IMG/VR virus record: IMGVR_UViG_3300049780_000015
Coordinates: 1-33,850 of that record
Strand: one strand, 5' to 3'
DNA: 33,850 nucleotides
Source of the DNA: a virus
Lineage: Duplodnaviria; Caudoviricetes
Position 1 is the first letter of the stretch; the number at the start of each line of letters is the position of its first letter. The notes under the pieces were generated by a model. It was not told where the DNA came from. It made no database searches and saw only the letters and a list, made by a program, of their open reading frames with translations. A program made the translations under genes and the position numbers. Below are positions 33,748 through 33,850 of this stretch, piece after piece.

Positions 33748-33850
33748 ATGAAGCGCACCGTCATGGCGCTGGCGTTCGCTGTTGCGACCGCTCCGCCAGA
33801 AACCCACGCCACCGAGATCCTCAACCAGGCCGCTTTCGAGCGGCCTTTTC
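33748..33850 (+). CDS. 5' part of a signal-peptide-bearing protein, truncated by the window edge
   Basis: MKRTVMALAFAVATAPPETHATEILNQAAFERPF...; open to the end of the window. Confidence 0.5.
   Translation, partial: MKRTVMALAFAVATAPPETHATEILNQAAFERPF

Larger units (their letters stand above)
1..33850. mobile_element. Temperate P22-like prophage, internal segment; both ends outside the window
   Basis: Lambdoid cI/cro switch, replication genes, then terS-terL-portal-scaffold-coat-gp4-gp10-needle-ejection proteins-tailspike in P22 order; no host housekeeping genes and no tape-measure or tail-tube genes. Confidence 0.95.

Overview
The whole window is the central ~34 kb of a temperate, P22-like (short-tailed) prophage from a high-GC Alphaproteobacterium, probably Rhizobiales; the host is inferred from LexA-box type and gene families. 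Left to right it holds: a LexA-boxed two-gene unit converging on cI; the cI/cro switch with three operator-like palindromes; early and replication genes (CII-position HTH, GapR-like, RusA, DnaB-like helicase, DUF1376/YdaU-type initiator with an internal origin-like tract); a putative late regulator preceded by a second LexA box; and a 4.4-kb accessory block containing a Cre-like tyrosine recombinase and a perfect 13-8-13 (loxP-geometry) inverted repeat. The virion module follows: terS, terL, portal, a probable head-spike pair, an antisense HEPN-motif moron, scaffold, P22-type coat, gp4/gp10-like tail proteins, a needle-position protein, three ejection proteins (one with a CHAP/TIGR02594-type domain), a sieA-position membrane gene and a tailspike. 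The window ends with an AT-richer antisense three-gene hydrolase cassette that may modify the surface receptor. The prophage integrase/att sites and lysis genes are not recognisable here and probably lie outside the window. No tRNA, rRNA or CRISPR array was seen. All family assignments come from motif recognition by eye, not from database searches.
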